Below, piece after piece: positions 1-9,715 of a stretch of 64,000 bases of DNA. The notes beneath the pieces are model-generated. The model saw only the letters and a program-made list of their open reading frames with translations. It was not told the origin of the DNA and searched no databases. Numbering within the stretch: position 1 is the stretch's first letter; each line of letters opens with the position of its first letter. The DNA comes from Spirochaetia bacterium. Its GTDB lineage: Bacteria; Spirochaetota; Spirochaetia; SZUA-6; Bin103. Both the position numbers and the translations under genes were made by a program. Location: assembly GCA_965199955.1 (NCBI GenBank), contig CBDATQ010000001.1, forward strand, positions 864,001 to 928,000, given 5' to 3'.

Positions 1-838
1 TGCCCATCTCTGCGGCGCCGATGACGCCGGCGGCGGGGCCGGACTCGATGCAGTACATGGGCTTGCGCGCGGCCAGCTCGACCGGCATCAACCCCCCGTT
101 GGACTGCATCACGGTCACCGGCGCAGTGGTGCCGGCGCGGCGCAGCCCGGCGACCAGCCGCTGCAGGTAGCGCTCCACGACCGGTCGGATGTAGCCGTTG
201 ACGACGGTGGTGCTGGTGCGCTCGTACTCGCGCGCTTCGGGCAGCAGTTCGCTGGACAGGGAGACGTCCACGGCGGGCAACGCGGCGCGAAGCGCCTCGC
301 CCATGCGCTGCTCGTGCTCGGGGTTGGCGTAGGAGTGCAGCAGGCAGACCGCCACGGAGGAGACGCCCAAGTCGCGTACCGCGGCCACCGCGCGCTCAAC
401 GTCACCGACGTCGAGCGGCGCGAGCACCCGGCCGCGCGCATCGACGCGCTCGCGCACCTCCAGGCGCAGGCGCCGCTCCACCAGCGGCGGCGGCTTGCGG
501 TAGTAGAGGTCGTAGAGCCGGGGCGTGCGCAGCCGGGCGATCTCCAGCACGTCGCGGAACCCCTCGGTGGTGATCAGCGCCATCGGCGCGCCCTTGCCTT
601 CCAGGATGGCGTTGGTCGCGACCGTGAAGCCGTGCACGATCTCGGCCACGCCGGCGGCGGGCAGGTCCAGCTCGGCTAGCGCGTCCGCGAGGCCGCGCAG
701 CACGCCACGGCCGTAGTCGTCCGGCGTGCTCGCCACCTTGACCACGGAGGAACGGTCGCCTCCGGTTAGTGCGACGATGTCGGTGAAGGTGCCTCCGATG
801 TCGACACCGACCCGGCATGCTGGCGTCGATTCAGTCAT
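1..838 (-). CDS. Hydantoinase/oxoprolinase family protein (N-methylhydantoinase A-like), 3' end runs off the window
   Basis: Manual translation from ATG 838: MTESTPACRVGVDIGGTFTD...HGFTVATNAILE...GFRDVLEI...EYERTSTTVVNGY...QSNGG...ESGPAAGV, all family motifs. Absent from the ORF track because it has no stop in the window. Confidence 0.9.
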   Translation of the reverse strand, partial: MTESTPACRVGVDIGGTFTDIVALTGGDRSSVVKVASTPDDYGRGVLRGLADALAELDLPAAGVAEIVHGFTVATNAILEGKGAPMALITTEGFRDVLEIARLRTPRLYDLYYRKPPPLVERRLRLEVRERVDARGRVLAPLDVGDVERAVAAVRDLGVSSVAVCLLHSYANPEHEQRMGEALRAALPAVDVSLSSELLPEAREYERTSTTVVNGYIRPVVERYLQRLVAGLRRAGTTAPVTVMQSNGGLMPVELAARKPMYCIESGPAAGVIGAAEMG

Positions 839-916
839 GGTAATCCGGTCTCACGTCTTGATACTCGATACGGGCCCGCGGTATGGCCGATGCTGACCAT
901 GCAGCCAGCACCGCGG

Positions 917-1312
917 TCAGGGGTTCGGCCTCCAGGAGCGGCGATCGACGCCGGCGACGTGATCGAAGTGTGAATCGTCGCTCAACAGCGGCAGAGCGTT
1001 CTGACGTGCCAGCGACGCGATCCAGACGTCGTTCTCCGGTATCGGGGTGCCAGCCGCCCTCAGCTCGTCACGGACCATGGCATAGACGCGCGACGTCGCT
1101 TCATCGATCACGAGAATGCGAACGTCGGCGAGGAACGCCTCCAGCTTGGCCGTCAGCGTCGCGCGCCGCGCGGAGCGCTGCAGTCCGTAACGGTACTCTC
1201 CGGTCACGATCACCGGTACGAAGAGTGAGTTCGCTTCCGCGGCCACCGCGCCGATCCCCGGTTCGTTCTTCAGAAACGCGGACAGAGCGTTGGTGTCGAG
1301 GATCACCGCCAC
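917..1312 (-). CDS. vapC: PIN-domain toxin (VapC family)
   Basis: ILDTN N-terminal motif, internal GE, 'PIPENDVWIA' and 'LLSDDSHF' acidic PIN residues; overlaps the upstream small gene. Confidence 0.9.
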   Translation of the reverse strand: MAVILDTNALSAFLKNEPGIGAVAAEANSLFVPVIVTGEYRYGLQRSARRATLTAKLEAFLADVRILVIDEATSRVYAMVRDELRAAGTPIPENDVWIASLARQNALPLLSDDSHFDHVAGVDRRSWRPNP

Positions 1313-1557
1313 AGAGACGGATCCACCGTCTCGAACTCTTCCTCGACGATACGCTCGATGGTGTCCACTTCGTCCGCATGGTCGAGTAACGCTCCAAGAT
1401 GCCTCATCCAGGGCTTTTCGTCGCCACCGTCCCTCAGCAGCCGCAACCGGTCAGCGATGGCGTCGCCGACGAATGCCCGCAGGGTCTGGCCGCGCGCCGC
1501 CGCTGTTGCCTTCGCGTCACGGAGCAGATGGTCGGGAAGCTCCACGGTGGTCTTCAT
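1303..1557 (-). CDS. vapB: Antitoxin (VapB/RHH-like)
   Basis: 84 aa, 'MKTTVELPDHLLRDAKATAA' RHH-type start, acidic C-terminus, overlaps vapC. Confidence 0.8.
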   Translation of the reverse strand: MKTTVELPDHLLRDAKATAAARGQTLRAFVGDAIADRLRLLRDGGDEKPWMRHLGALLDHADEVDTIERIVEEEFETVDPSLWR

Positions 1558-1565
1558 CTCGATCC

Positions 1566-1595
1566 ATGCTACCCGTAAATACGGGCGCCAGGCAA
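1566..1595 (-). promoter_or_regulatory. Putative vapBC promoter with palindromic operator
   Basis: Minus-strand TTGCCT-N18-TAGCAT; palindrome CCCGTA-AA-TACGGG (1572-1585) lies in the spacer, as expected for TA autorepression. Confidence 0.5.
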
Positions 1596-1624
1596 TCGTG
1601 ACGGCATGAGCCGGCCCGGATTTC

Positions 1625-2200
1625 CTACTCCGTGTCGAGGAACGTCTCGGCCAGGGCGTACACGCAGGAGCTGCGGTCGCCGCCGATGGAGGAGCGCCAG
1701 ATGTCGCGGGTGAACGGCGCTCCCGGCACGCGGCGTCCGTTCAGGTGAATCTCCGCCTTCTCGGCGAAGTACAGGACGGTGAAGCACCAGTCGCCGGGGC
1801 GCAGGTGGCCGTGCGCGACCACCGGCAGCTCCGCGACGAACCAGCGCGCGGATACCTCGGTGCCGGCGAACCGGTAGCGCCAGCCGGATCCCGGCTGTCC
1901 CCCACCGGTGCGCTCGAAGGTGGCCTGCCGCACCGGCAGGTCGCCGTGGTGGTAGTCCGACCGGCCGGCGAAGAACCGCTCCCTGGCGAACGTGGCCGCG
2001 TCGTCGTTGTCGGTGGCGATCACGTGGGCGCCGTCCACACCCGGCACGTGAATGACCGCCACGTTACCCGGCCCGGCCGGGGAGACGCGCAGGTGGTAGT
2101 GGCTGACCACCGACGTTTCGTCCGAGCCCGGCTCGCGGATCATGCAGATCCAGTGCTCGCCGCTCCACGACAGGTCGCCCTGGACGATCTCCAGCGCCAT
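1625..2200 (-). CDS. Hypothetical protein (191 aa)
   Basis: ATG 12 bp after the trxB stop, normal composition, no recognised motif. Confidence 0.7.
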   Translation of the reverse strand: MALEIVQGDLSWSGEHWICMIREPGSDETSVVSHYHLRVSPAGPGNVAVIHVPGVDGAHVIATDNDDAATFARERFFAGRSDYHHGDLPVRQATFERTGGGQPGSGWRYRFAGTEVSARWFVAELPVVAHGHLRPGDWCFTVLYFAEKAEIHLNGRRVPGAPFTRDIWRSSIGGDRSSCVYALAETFLDTE

Positions 2201-2212
2201 GGTTCGGCGCCG

Positions 2213-3151
2213 CTATCCGTGCGCGTCCAGGAAGCGCTCGGCTTCCAGGGCGGCCATGCAGCCGGTGCCGGCGGCGGTGACCGCCTGGCGGTAGACCTTG
2301 TCCTGGACGTCCCCGCAGGCGAACACGCCGGCCACGCTGGTGGCGGTGCTGTCGGCGGCGGTGAGCACGTAGCCGGTGTCGTCGGTGTCGAGCTGGCCTT
2401 CCAGGAACTCGGTGTTGGGCTGGTGACCGATGGCGAAGAAGAGGCCGCCGGCCTCCATCTCGCGCTCCTGGCCCGCGGCCTTGTCGCGCACGCGCACGCC
2501 GGCCAGCAACTGGTCGCCGAGCACCTCGACCAGCTCGGTCCGCCAGGAGATGCTGATCTTGTCGTTCTCCATGACCCGCTGCTGCATGGTCTTGGAGGCG
2601 CGCATCATGTCGCGCCGCACCAGCATGGTGACCGAGGAGCCGTAGCGGGTCAGGAACAGCGACTCCTCGCAGGCGGTGTCGCCGCCGCCGATCACGACCA
2701 GCGGCTTGTCGCGGAACACCGGCAGCGCGCCGTCACACACCGCGCACGCGGAGATCCCCTTCTGCCACAGCCGCTCCGTGCCCGGGACCTCCAGCCGCTT
2801 GGCGGTGGCGCCGGTGGCGATGATGAGGGTGCGCGCCCGCACGCTCTCGCCGTCGGCGACCACCGTGAACGGGCGCTCGCTCAGGTCCACGCGGTCGACG
2901 GTGACCGTCTCGATGCGGGCGCCGCAGTTCACCGACTGCTGGCGGTAGAGCTCGGTGAGCTCGATGCCGCCGACACCGGTCGGGAAGCCGGGATAGTTCT
3001 CGACGTCGGTGGTGGTGGTGAGCTGGCCGCCGGCCGCCACGCCGCCGGCCATGAAGCCCTCGTACAGCAACGGGTCCAGCAGGGCGCGGCCGGCGTAGAT
3101 GGCCGCCGTGTGCCCGGCCGGACCCGAGCCGACGATGACGACGTTTTCCAT
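2213..3151 (-). CDS. trxB: Thioredoxin reductase
   Basis: Start at MENVVIVGSGPAG (ATG 3151); GGQLTTT, ENYPGF, CAVC redox motif, GGGDTA, GVFACGDV. Confidence 0.95.
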   Translation of the reverse strand: MENVVIVGSGPAGHTAAIYAGRALLDPLLYEGFMAGGVAAGGQLTTTTDVENYPGFPTGVGGIELTELYRQQSVNCGARIETVTVDRVDLSERPFTVVADGESVRARTLIIATGATAKRLEVPGTERLWQKGISACAVCDGALPVFRDKPLVVIGGGDTACEESLFLTRYGSSVTMLVRRDMMRASKTMQQRVMENDKISISWRTELVEVLGDQLLAGVRVRDKAAGQEREMEAGGLFFAIGHQPNTEFLEGQLDTDDTGYVLTAADSTATSVAGVFACGDVQDKVYRQAVTAAGTGCMAALEAERFLDAHG

Positions 3152-3210
3152 GCGGCCGTTCCCGAAGGCGCCGTTCCCGGCCGCGTTGTCGGTCTTGCTC
3201 AGGGGTTGCC

Positions 3211-3819
3211 TCAGCTCGCCGCGGCGTAGCGCTCCGCGACCGCCGCCCAGTCGATCACGTTGTAGAACGCGGTGATGTAGTCGGGGCGCCGGTTCTGGTA
3301 GTTCAGGTAGTAGGCGTGCTCCCAGACGTCGATGCCCAGGATCGGGGTGTCGCCCTGGGACAGGGGGCTGTCCTGATTGCCGGTGCTGTAGACGGCCAGG
3401 TCGCCGCCGCTCTTGACCACCAGCCATGCCCATCCGGAGCCGAAGCGAGTGGTGGCCGCGTCCGTGAACGCCTCCTTGAAGCCGTCGAAGCTGCCGAAGG
3501 CCGCGTCGATCGCGCCGGCCAGGTCACCGGAGGGGGCACCGCCGCCGTTGGGGCCGATCACGGTCCAGAACAGCGTGTGGTTGGCGTGGCCGCCACCCTG
3601 GTTCTGCACCGCGGCCCGCTTGCCGTCGGGCACCGAGCCCAGGTTGCTGAGGATCGACTCGATCGACCGGCTCTCCAGGTCGGTGCCGGCGACCGCGTCG
3701 TTCAGCTTGCCGACGTAGGCGTCGTGGTGCTTGTCGTGGTGAATCCGCATCGTCTGCTCGTCGATGTGCGGCTCGAGGGCGTCGTATGCATAGGTGAGGG
3801 GAGGGACCGAGAAGGCCAT
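3211..3819 (-). CDS. sodA: Mn/Fe superoxide dismutase (Mn-type signature)
   Basis: [36 protein letters not shown]. Confidence 0.95.
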   Translation of the reverse strand: MAFSVPPLTYAYDALEPHIDEQTMRIHHDKHHDAYVGKLNDAVAGTDLESRSIESILSNLGSVPDGKRAAVQNQGGGHANHTLFWTVIGPNGGGAPSGDLAGAIDAAFGSFDGFKEAFTDAATTRFGSGWAWLVVKSGGDLAVYSTGNQDSPLSQGDTPILGIDVWEHAYYLNYQNRRPDYITAFYNVIDWAAVAERYAAAS

Positions 3820-3855
3820 GGGTAGACTCCTGTTTCGGGTCTGGATTTGGCCGTG

Positions 3856-3885
3856 AGGATACTAACCGGCCGTTTTCACCGTCAA
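3856..3885 (-). promoter_or_regulatory. Putative sigma70 promoter of sodA, overlapping the 3' end of dus
   Basis: Minus-strand TTGACG-N18-TATCCT. Confidence 0.4.
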
Positions 3886-4959
3886 CTCGACGGCGCCGTT
3901 TCGGCGGGTCGCCCAGGCATCGGCCGTGGCCAGCGCGTGCGCCCGATCGCGCGCCCGCCGCAGCGACTCCGCGCCGATCACGGGGCCGACGATCCGCTCC
4001 ACGTCGGCCACCGAGCGGGTCTCCATCAGCTCCATGCGTAGCCGCCTGGCGCCAGGAAAGCCGCCGACGTAGGCCTTGAAGTGGCGCCGCATGTCGACGA
4101 AGTTCTTGCGGCCCGCGAACAGCAGGTCGTACACCAGCGCGTGCGCGAGCATCGTCTCCACCGCCGCCTGCAGGTCCGCAGGCCCGCCGGCCGCGGAGAA
4201 CAGCCAGGGATTGCCGAACACGCCGCGGCCGATCATCACGCCGTCGGCGCCGGTCTCGGCGGCCAGCGCGCGGCCCTGCTCCAGCGAGCACACGTCGCCG
4301 TTGCCGACGATCGGCACGCCCGTGCCGTGCGCCAGCTCGCACGCCCGCCGCACCGCGTCCCAGTGGGCGGGGACCTCGGAACGCTCCTTGATCGTGCGGG
4401 CGTGGATGGCGATCGCCGCCGGGCGCGCGCTCAGGAGCCGGCCGATCCACTCCTCGACGATGTCGGAGGCGTCCCCGATGCGGGTCTTCACCGACACCGG
4501 CAGATCGCCGGCGCCGGCCCGCGTCGCGTCGATGATCTCGATGGCGAGGTCGGGATCGCGGATCAGCGCGGCGCCGGCCTTCTGGCGCAGGACCGCCCGG
4601 TCGGGGCAGCCCATGTTGATGTCCACCCCGTCGAAGCCGAGCTCGACCGCCAGCTCCGCGCAGCGCCGGAACTGCTCCGGGACCGAGCCGAAGAACTGCG
4701 CGATCACCGGCCGCTCGCACTCGGCGAACTCCAGGTCGACCATCAGCCGCGCCGCGCCGCGCGAGCACAGGCCGGCCACCGACGTGAACTCCGTGTAGAC
4801 GGCGTGCGGGCTCGAGCACTCGGTGATGACGCGGCGGAAGGCGGTGTCGGTGGCGTTGGCCATCGGCGCCACCACGAAAAACGGCCGCGGCAGGTCGTCC
4901 CAGAAGGAACGGGCATGGACGGCCGGCCGGTCGCCCGCGTGTAGTATGGTGCCGCTCAT
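3862..4959 (-). CDS. dus: tRNA-dihydrouridine synthase
   Basis: APMA, DINMGCP, SVKTRIG, IHART, GNGDV, DGVMIGRG motifs. Start uncertain. Confidence 0.92.
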   Translation of the reverse strand: MSGTILHAGDRPAVHARSFWDDLPRPFFVVAPMANATDTAFRRVITECSSPHAVYTEFTSVAGLCSRGAARLMVDLEFAECERPVIAQFFGSVPEQFRRCAELAVELGFDGVDINMGCPDRAVLRQKAGAALIRDPDLAIEIIDATRAGAGDLPVSVKTRIGDASDIVEEWIGRLLSARPAAIAIHARTIKERSEVPAHWDAVRRACELAHGTGVPIVGNGDVCSLEQGRALAAETGADGVMIGRGVFGNPWLFSAAGGPADLQAAVETMLAHALVYDLLFAGRKNFVDMRRHFKAYVGGFPGARRLRMELMETRSVADVERIVGPVIGAESLRRARDRAHALATADAWATRRNGAVELTVKTAG

Positions 4960-5839
4960 GACGCCGAAGCCGGAGTGGCTGCGGGTGCGCTTGTCATCCG
5001 ACCCGAGCTATTTCCAGGTCCGCGAAATCGTCCGTTCACAGAAGCTCCATACCGTATGCGAAGAGGCGCGCTGCCCCAACATCCACGAGTGCTGGGGCAC
5101 GCACGGCACCGCCACCTTCATGATACTGGGCAATGCATGCACCCGGCGCTGCCGCTTCTGCTCCGTGGAGACCGGCCTGCCCGGCAGCGTGGACGCCGAC
5201 GAGCCGCGACGCGTCGCCGAGTCGGTGGTGCAGATGGGGCTCCGCCACGTGGTGGTCACCATGGTGGCGCGCGACGACCTGAGCGACGGCGGCGCCGAAG
5301 CCATAGCCGACACGGTGCGGGCGATCCGCTTCGCCGCTCCCGGCTGCCGGATCGAGGTGCTGCCCTCCGACCTGGCCGGCCCGGACCTCATCGTCGATCC
5401 CTCCTCGGTGGAGACGCTGGTCGACAGCGGCCCGGACATCATCGCCCACAACCTGGAGACGATCCGCAGGCTGACGCCGGCGGTGCGCTCGCACTCCGAC
5501 TACGACCGCTCGCTCGGCTTCCTGCGCACCGTCAAGGAGCTGTCCCCGAAGCCGGTCACCAAGTCCAGCCTGATGCTGGGGCTGGGCGAGGAGGAAGGCG
5601 AGGTCGTCGAGGCCATGGACGACCTGCGCGCGAACGGCGTGGACATCCTCAATCTGGGCCAGTACCTGCAGCCGGGGCGCACGCAGTTGCGCGTCAAGCG
5701 CTTCTGGCGGCCGGACGAATTCGACCGGCTGAAGCGCATCGCCCTGGACCGTGGCTTCCGCCACTGCGACTCGGGTCCGTTCGTCCGCTCCAGCTACCAC
5801 GCCGAGGAACAGGCCGTAGCGGCCGCATGCCCCGCCTGA
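4958..5839 (+). CDS. lipA: Lipoyl synthase
   Basis: KPEWLR, CEEARCPNIHEC, CTRRCRFC radical-SAM motif, HNLET, VRSSYHA. Confidence 0.95.
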   Translation: MTPKPEWLRVRLSSDPSYFQVREIVRSQKLHTVCEEARCPNIHECWGTHGTATFMILGNACTRRCRFCSVETGLPGSVDADEPRRVAESVVQMGLRHVVVTMVARDDLSDGGAEAIADTVRAIRFAAPGCRIEVLPSDLAGPDLIVDPSSVETLVDSGPDIIAHNLETIRRLTPAVRSHSDYDRSLGFLRTVKELSPKPVTKSSLMLGLGEEEGEVVEAMDDLRANGVDILNLGQYLQPGRTQLRVKRFWRPDEFDRLKRIALDRGFRHCDSGPFVRSSYHAEEQAVAAACPA

Positions 5840-5962
5840 GGAGTCGCGGCGACGATGGGTGCAGTCTCGATACGGGCGACCGGGATCCAGGCACCTCAAC
5901 GGGCACCCAACCAGTTGGTGATATGCCGGCTTGCCGAACGGGCGGCGTTCCAGGGGTAAGGC

Positions 5963-6163
5963 GTGAGCACGATTGAGGAGCTCAAGGCAGAGATAGAGCG
6001 GCTTCCCGGCGACGAGCGTGCCGAGCTGGCGCGATGGCTCTTAGAACGTCGGTGGGAGCGCTGGGACACCCAGATCAAGGCTGATTCGCGAGCTGGAAGC
6101 CTGGATTTCCTGATCGATGAAGCCCGAGTGGAGAAGTCTGAGGGCAGCCTCAAGAATTTGTAA
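5963..6163 (+). CDS. Small putative antitoxin-like protein, no adjacent toxin
   Basis: 66 aa 'MSTIEELKAEIERLP..ERAELARWL...WDTQIKADSRAGSLDFL' resembles, from memory, addiction-module antitoxins. Confidence 0.55.
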   Translation: MSTIEELKAEIERLPGDERAELARWLLERRWERWDTQIKADSRAGSLDFLIDEARVEKSEGSLKNL

Positions 6164-6165
6164 GT

Positions 6166-7062
6166 CTACCCCCGCAGCGAGGGCGTCCAGTGCGCCTGGC
6201 CGGCCTCCGCTTTCTCGCGGTCCATGCGGGCCAGGATCGCCAGGCCGAGCAGGGCCATCTGCCGGGCCGTGTCGTGGCCGGCGCCGGCGGTGAACTTCTC
6301 GCCGGTCACCAGGTTGTCTGCCACCGAGCAGATCGATCCGCCGCGCTTGCCGAACAGCAGCGGCAGGGTGACCAGCGCTGCCGACTCGCGATCCCCGTTG
6401 AGCACGCCGGCGCGCCGGTAGTAGTCGATCACCTCCAGGTGCTCGGGCTGCATGTAGCCGCCGACCGATGGCCGCCCGACGCCGCAGAAGTCGCTGTCGC
6501 TGGAGCGGGTGATGCCGACGTGGTAGCGGGCGCCCAAGTCCTCGCCGGCCTGCGCCAGGGCCATCACGATCTCCGGGCTGGCGGCGGCGGGGAAGGAGGG
6601 GCGCACGTACGCCTGCGTCATGCCCTCGTCCCTGACCACGCCGTGGCTGATCACGACGTCACCGGGCCGCACCGATTCGTGCATGCCGCCCGAGCCGCCC
6701 AGGCGCAGGTAGGCGGTGGCGGCGGTGTTCTCCAGGAACTCGTGCAGGACCAGCTCGGCCTCCGGTGAGCCGCTGCCGCCGGAGACCACGGTCACGTGGG
6801 CGTCCTCGTAGCGACCGCTGTAGGTGGTGAACATGCCGGTGCGGGCGACCAGCTCGCCGTCGTCCAGGTGGCCGGCGACCTGCTGCGCGGGGTCCTCCTC
6901 GTAGGCGCACAGGGGGTCGCGCACGGTGATGATGACGTAGTCGCCGATGCGCTCGGGGTCGATGCCGGTCAACGCCGGCCGGCCGTCGATCAGCAGGCCG
7001 CGGCGCGGCACGTTGGCGGCGTACTCGTAGCGCCGGTAGAGCTTGTCGACTGCGTCACTCAC
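6166..7062 (-). CDS. Nucleoside phosphorylase (uridine phosphorylase/PNP_UDP_1 family)
   Basis: GTG 7062 after AAAGGAAC; SGGSGSP, LRLGGSGG, GDVVI, VRDEG, 'DRESAAL' (divergent from EMES). Confidence 0.85.
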   Translation of the reverse strand: MSDAVDKLYRRYEYAANVPRRGLLIDGRPALTGIDPERIGDYVIITVRDPLCAYEEDPAQQVAGHLDDGELVARTGMFTTYSGRYEDAHVTVVSGGSGSPEAELVLHEFLENTAATAYLRLGGSGGMHESVRPGDVVISHGVVRDEGMTQAYVRPSFPAAASPEIVMALAQAGEDLGARYHVGITRSSDSDFCGVGRPSVGGYMQPEHLEVIDYYRRAGVLNGDRESAALVTLPLLFGKRGGSICSVADNLVTGEKFTAGAGHDTARQMALLGLAILARMDREKAEAGQAHWTPSLRG

Positions 7063-7490
7063 GTTCCTTTCTCCTCTTCGCTCACGGACGCGGCCGGCAG
7101 AAGCTGCACGTGGAGCTGGCGGTCGCGCGGGCCGTCGAACTCCATGAAGTAGACCGCTTGGGAGTGGCCGAGCACGAGCTCGCCGTCTTCGACGATCAGG
7201 CTGAGCGAGACGCCGACCAGAGTGGACTTGATGTGGCCGGCCGCATCCTGCGGCGTGTCGTGCTGGTGCTTGAAGTCGATCCGCGTCGGCACCAGCCGCG
7301 CCAGCTCGTCGGCGACGTCCTCCAGCCCGAGCGGGTCGGGAAACGACAGCACCGCGAGTCCGGCGGTGGTGTGTGGGATGGTCGCGACCAGCGCGCCAGC
7401 TCGCATGCCGCTCTGCACGACCGCGGCGTGGAGCGCGTCGGTCACCTCGTGCGGACCGTTGCCGGGTGTGCGAAATCGGTGGGTATGCAT
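7059..7490 (-). CDS. YjbQ/UPF0047 family protein
   Basis: PHTTAGL, 'HDTPQDAAGHIKSTLVG', 'LVLGHSQAVYFMEFDGPRDR'. Confidence 0.88.
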   Translation of the reverse strand: MHTHRFRTPGNGPHEVTDALHAAVVQSGMRAGALVATIPHTTAGLAVLSFPDPLGLEDVADELARLVPTRIDFKHQHDTPQDAAGHIKSTLVGVSLSLIVEDGELVLGHSQAVYFMEFDGPRDRQLHVQLLPAASVSEEEKGT

Positions 7491-7499
7491 GGTTTCCTT

Positions 7500-8651
7500 T
7501 CAGTCTCCCGGAAGCGGCAGTCGCTGCGAGTTGCGGGTCGTGGCGCCGTCCCGGCAGTCCTGCCAGGGCCCCCGTGCGCCGCGGCCGTACTCGGCGCCGA
7601 GCTCGTTGCTCAGCCGGGCGGCGAACAGCGCAAGCGCCGCGGCGTAGAGGAGCGGCGCGAACAGGGGGTCGGGCGGCTCCGGAAGGGCGATCGTCCGGCC
7701 GGGCTCCGCGGGTCGCCGCGCGTCGGTGAGGATGCGATAGGGCCGCCCCAGGCGCTGCAGGAAGGGCTCGATCTCGCGCACGCGGCTCTGGTCGCGGGCG
7801 CTCTCCGGGCACAGCACCCAGGTGGCGCAGGTGTCCGGGTCGCGCGCGAAGTAGTCCAGGTGCACCCACTCCTCGACGTCCTGGTCCACCGCCGGCACCC
7901 CCGCTGCCTCCAGCACCTTGGCCCGGCCGTAGGCGGCCGCCGCCCGGGCCGGGCCGCCGGCCAGCAATTCGTACCGTCCGTGCCCGCGCCACTCCCGCGC
8001 CAGCGCGGCCAGCTCCTCGTCGAGCGCGGGCAGCATCCGGCCGAGCGCATCCGCAGTCGCGGAAAGCCGTGTCCGCAGCCGCTCCGCCTCCTGCTGCGTC
8101 AGGCGGCCGCGCACCTCGCCGATGCGGATGGCGAGCAGGTACAGCGCCTGCGCGGAGAGAAAGAACGAGCGCACGCCCGGGGCGGCGGCGAACGGGGGCA
8201 GCGTGAGCGGCAGGCAGTGCTCGGCGGCTCGCGCCAGGCGGCTTTGCGGATCGGCGGTCACCGCGACCGTCAGCGCACCGCGCCGCCGCCACTGCTCGAC
8301 CGCCTCCAGCGTGCGCGCGACCGTGCCGGAAGAGCTGACCGCGACCACCAGCGGGTCGTGAGGGAGGCTCCGACGTGGGAGCTCCGTCTCGTAGCGCGCG
8401 GCCTGCATGGCGGGCAGCGGCCGGCAGGGGATGCCCGTGAGCTGCACCCAGGGCTCCGCCAGCAGCTCGCCGGCGACGTGCGAGTCGCCGCAGCCGGTGA
8501 GGATGACCTCCCGCACCGCGAAGATGGTGGGCGTGCGAAGCAGCGCACGCGTGGCCGCCTCCAGCGCGTCATGTTGTGTTGCCAGGAGCTCCGACAGGCT
8601 GAACACCTGCGCCCGCATCGGGTTGTCCGCGGTAGGCGCCGGCGCGGTCAT
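7500..8651 (-). CDS. Double SIS-domain sugar-phosphate isomerase/deglycase-like protein (GlmS C-terminal/FrlB-like)
   Basis: ATG 8651 overlaps the pfkB stop; LTGCGDS, AVSSSG, AVTADPQSRLA, 'KVLEAA...EEWVH'. Confidence 0.8.
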   Translation of the reverse strand: MTAPAPTADNPMRAQVFSLSELLATQHDALEAATRALLRTPTIFAVREVILTGCGDSHVAGELLAEPWVQLTGIPCRPLPAMQAARYETELPRRSLPHDPLVVAVSSSGTVARTLEAVEQWRRRGALTVAVTADPQSRLARAAEHCLPLTLPPFAAAPGVRSFFLSAQALYLLAIRIGEVRGRLTQQEAERLRTRLSATADALGRMLPALDEELAALAREWRGHGRYELLAGGPARAAAAYGRAKVLEAAGVPAVDQDVEEWVHLDYFARDPDTCATWVLCPESARDQSRVREIEPFLQRLGRPYRILTDARRPAEPGRTIALPEPPDPLFAPLLYAAALALFAARLSNELGAEYGRGARGPWQDCRDGATTRNSQRLPLPGD

Positions 8652-9586
8652 GCGGTCGCTCCCGCCGGGGTCGCCGAACGGACGCGGGCAAGCAGCAAGT
8701 CGCGCCGACGGCGCCACTCGCCGTGATCCAACTGCTCCGGGGGACCGTGCTGCTCCAGCATCAGCGATGCCGCGGCCGCGGCGCCGCAGCCGCTCTCCAG
8801 CCAGTCCTGCCCCGCTCCGAGCCCGGCCAGCAACGCGCCGCCGAACGCGTTGCCGGCGCCGGTCACGTCGACCACCGCTGCGGGCCAGGCCGGGATGCGG
8901 AGCAGCTCCGCCGACCGGCGGCCGAGCAGCGCGCCGTCCGCCCCCAGCCTCAGGGCGACGCCGCCGACGCCGGTGTCCAGCAGGCGGCGGACGATCTCGC
9001 GCGGGGCGTCCCGGCCGCACAGGCGACGCCCCTCCGCGAGGTTCAGCGATACCACGTCGACGCAGGCGAGCCGGGCGGCGACCTGCGGCCAGCAGGCCGG
9101 CTCCGTGGACGCCGCGTGCAGCTCCCAGAGCACCACGGCGCCAGAGGCGGCGCGCAGCGCGGCGGCTTCATCCCAGAACGCCGCGTCGTGGTCGCGAAAG
9201 AGGTAGTAGCCGGTCGCAATGCGGTAAGCCGCGGGCATCCGGTCGATCGCAGGCGACATCCGCGCGAAGTGCGCGGGACCGAGCAGCGGCGTCTCCGTGC
9301 GCGCGTCCTCGGCGTGGTAAACTACCGTGCTGCGCGGCGTGCGCGGACCGCGCGGCTCGAGCCCCGCCGTGTCGATGCCGTTCGCGCGGAACCACGCCGC
9401 GTGTTCCAAAGCGGAGAAGTCCTCTCCCACGCCGCAGGCGATGCCGACGCGGTCGGCCGCCAGGCGCAGGCCGGCGGCGGCGTAGCTGCCGGCGCCGCCG
9501 AGCACGCCGCGCCGCTCGGCGCCCGACGGGAAGCGCAGATCGTCCACGATCACGTGCGACAGCACGACGTAGTCGATTGCGTTCAC
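8648..9586 (-). CDS. PfkB-family carbohydrate kinase
   Basis: GTG 9586 with GAGG SD; GGAGSYAA, SLNLAEG, 'VVDVTGAGNAFGG' PfkB signature with N at the usual catalytic D position. Confidence 0.85.
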   Translation of the reverse strand: MNAIDYVVLSHVIVDDLRFPSGAERRGVLGGAGSYAAAGLRLAADRVGIACGVGEDFSALEHAAWFRANGIDTAGLEPRGPRTPRSTVVYHAEDARTETPLLGPAHFARMSPAIDRMPAAYRIATGYYLFRDHDAAFWDEAAALRAASGAVVLWELHAASTEPACWPQVAARLACVDVVSLNLAEGRRLCGRDAPREIVRRLLDTGVGGVALRLGADGALLGRRSAELLRIPAWPAAVVDVTGAGNAFGGALLAGLGAGQDWLESGCGAAAAASLMLEQHGPPEQLDHGEWRRRRDLLLARVRSATPAGATA

Positions 9587-9715
9587 CGGAGTACCTCGGA
9601 TTTGCCTGGCGCAGGCCGAGCCGATAGCCTTGCGCACCGGTGCAACGAGGAGTCAGCCATCGATAGTGGATCAGCGACCCGCGAGGGCGAGAGTGGGGAT
9701 GCCGCCGCCACGCCG

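Noticed and set aside
3152..3433. N-terminal extension of trxB
   Set aside because: Out-of-frame overlap with sodA; TrxB homology starts at 3151.
864..5877. Shared 12-mer CTCGATACGGGC near 864 and 5866
   Set aside because: Too short to call an att site or target duplication, and it flanks housekeeping genes.
6166..8292. 708-aa ORF suggesting a large phosphorylase fusion
   Set aside because: The upstream part overlaps YjbQ and SIS in other frames; the real start is GTG 7062 with an SD.
8723..9715. Long N-terminal extension of the nucleoside hydrolase ORF
   Set aside because: Antisense to the PfkB gene; hydrolase motifs begin only near 9716.
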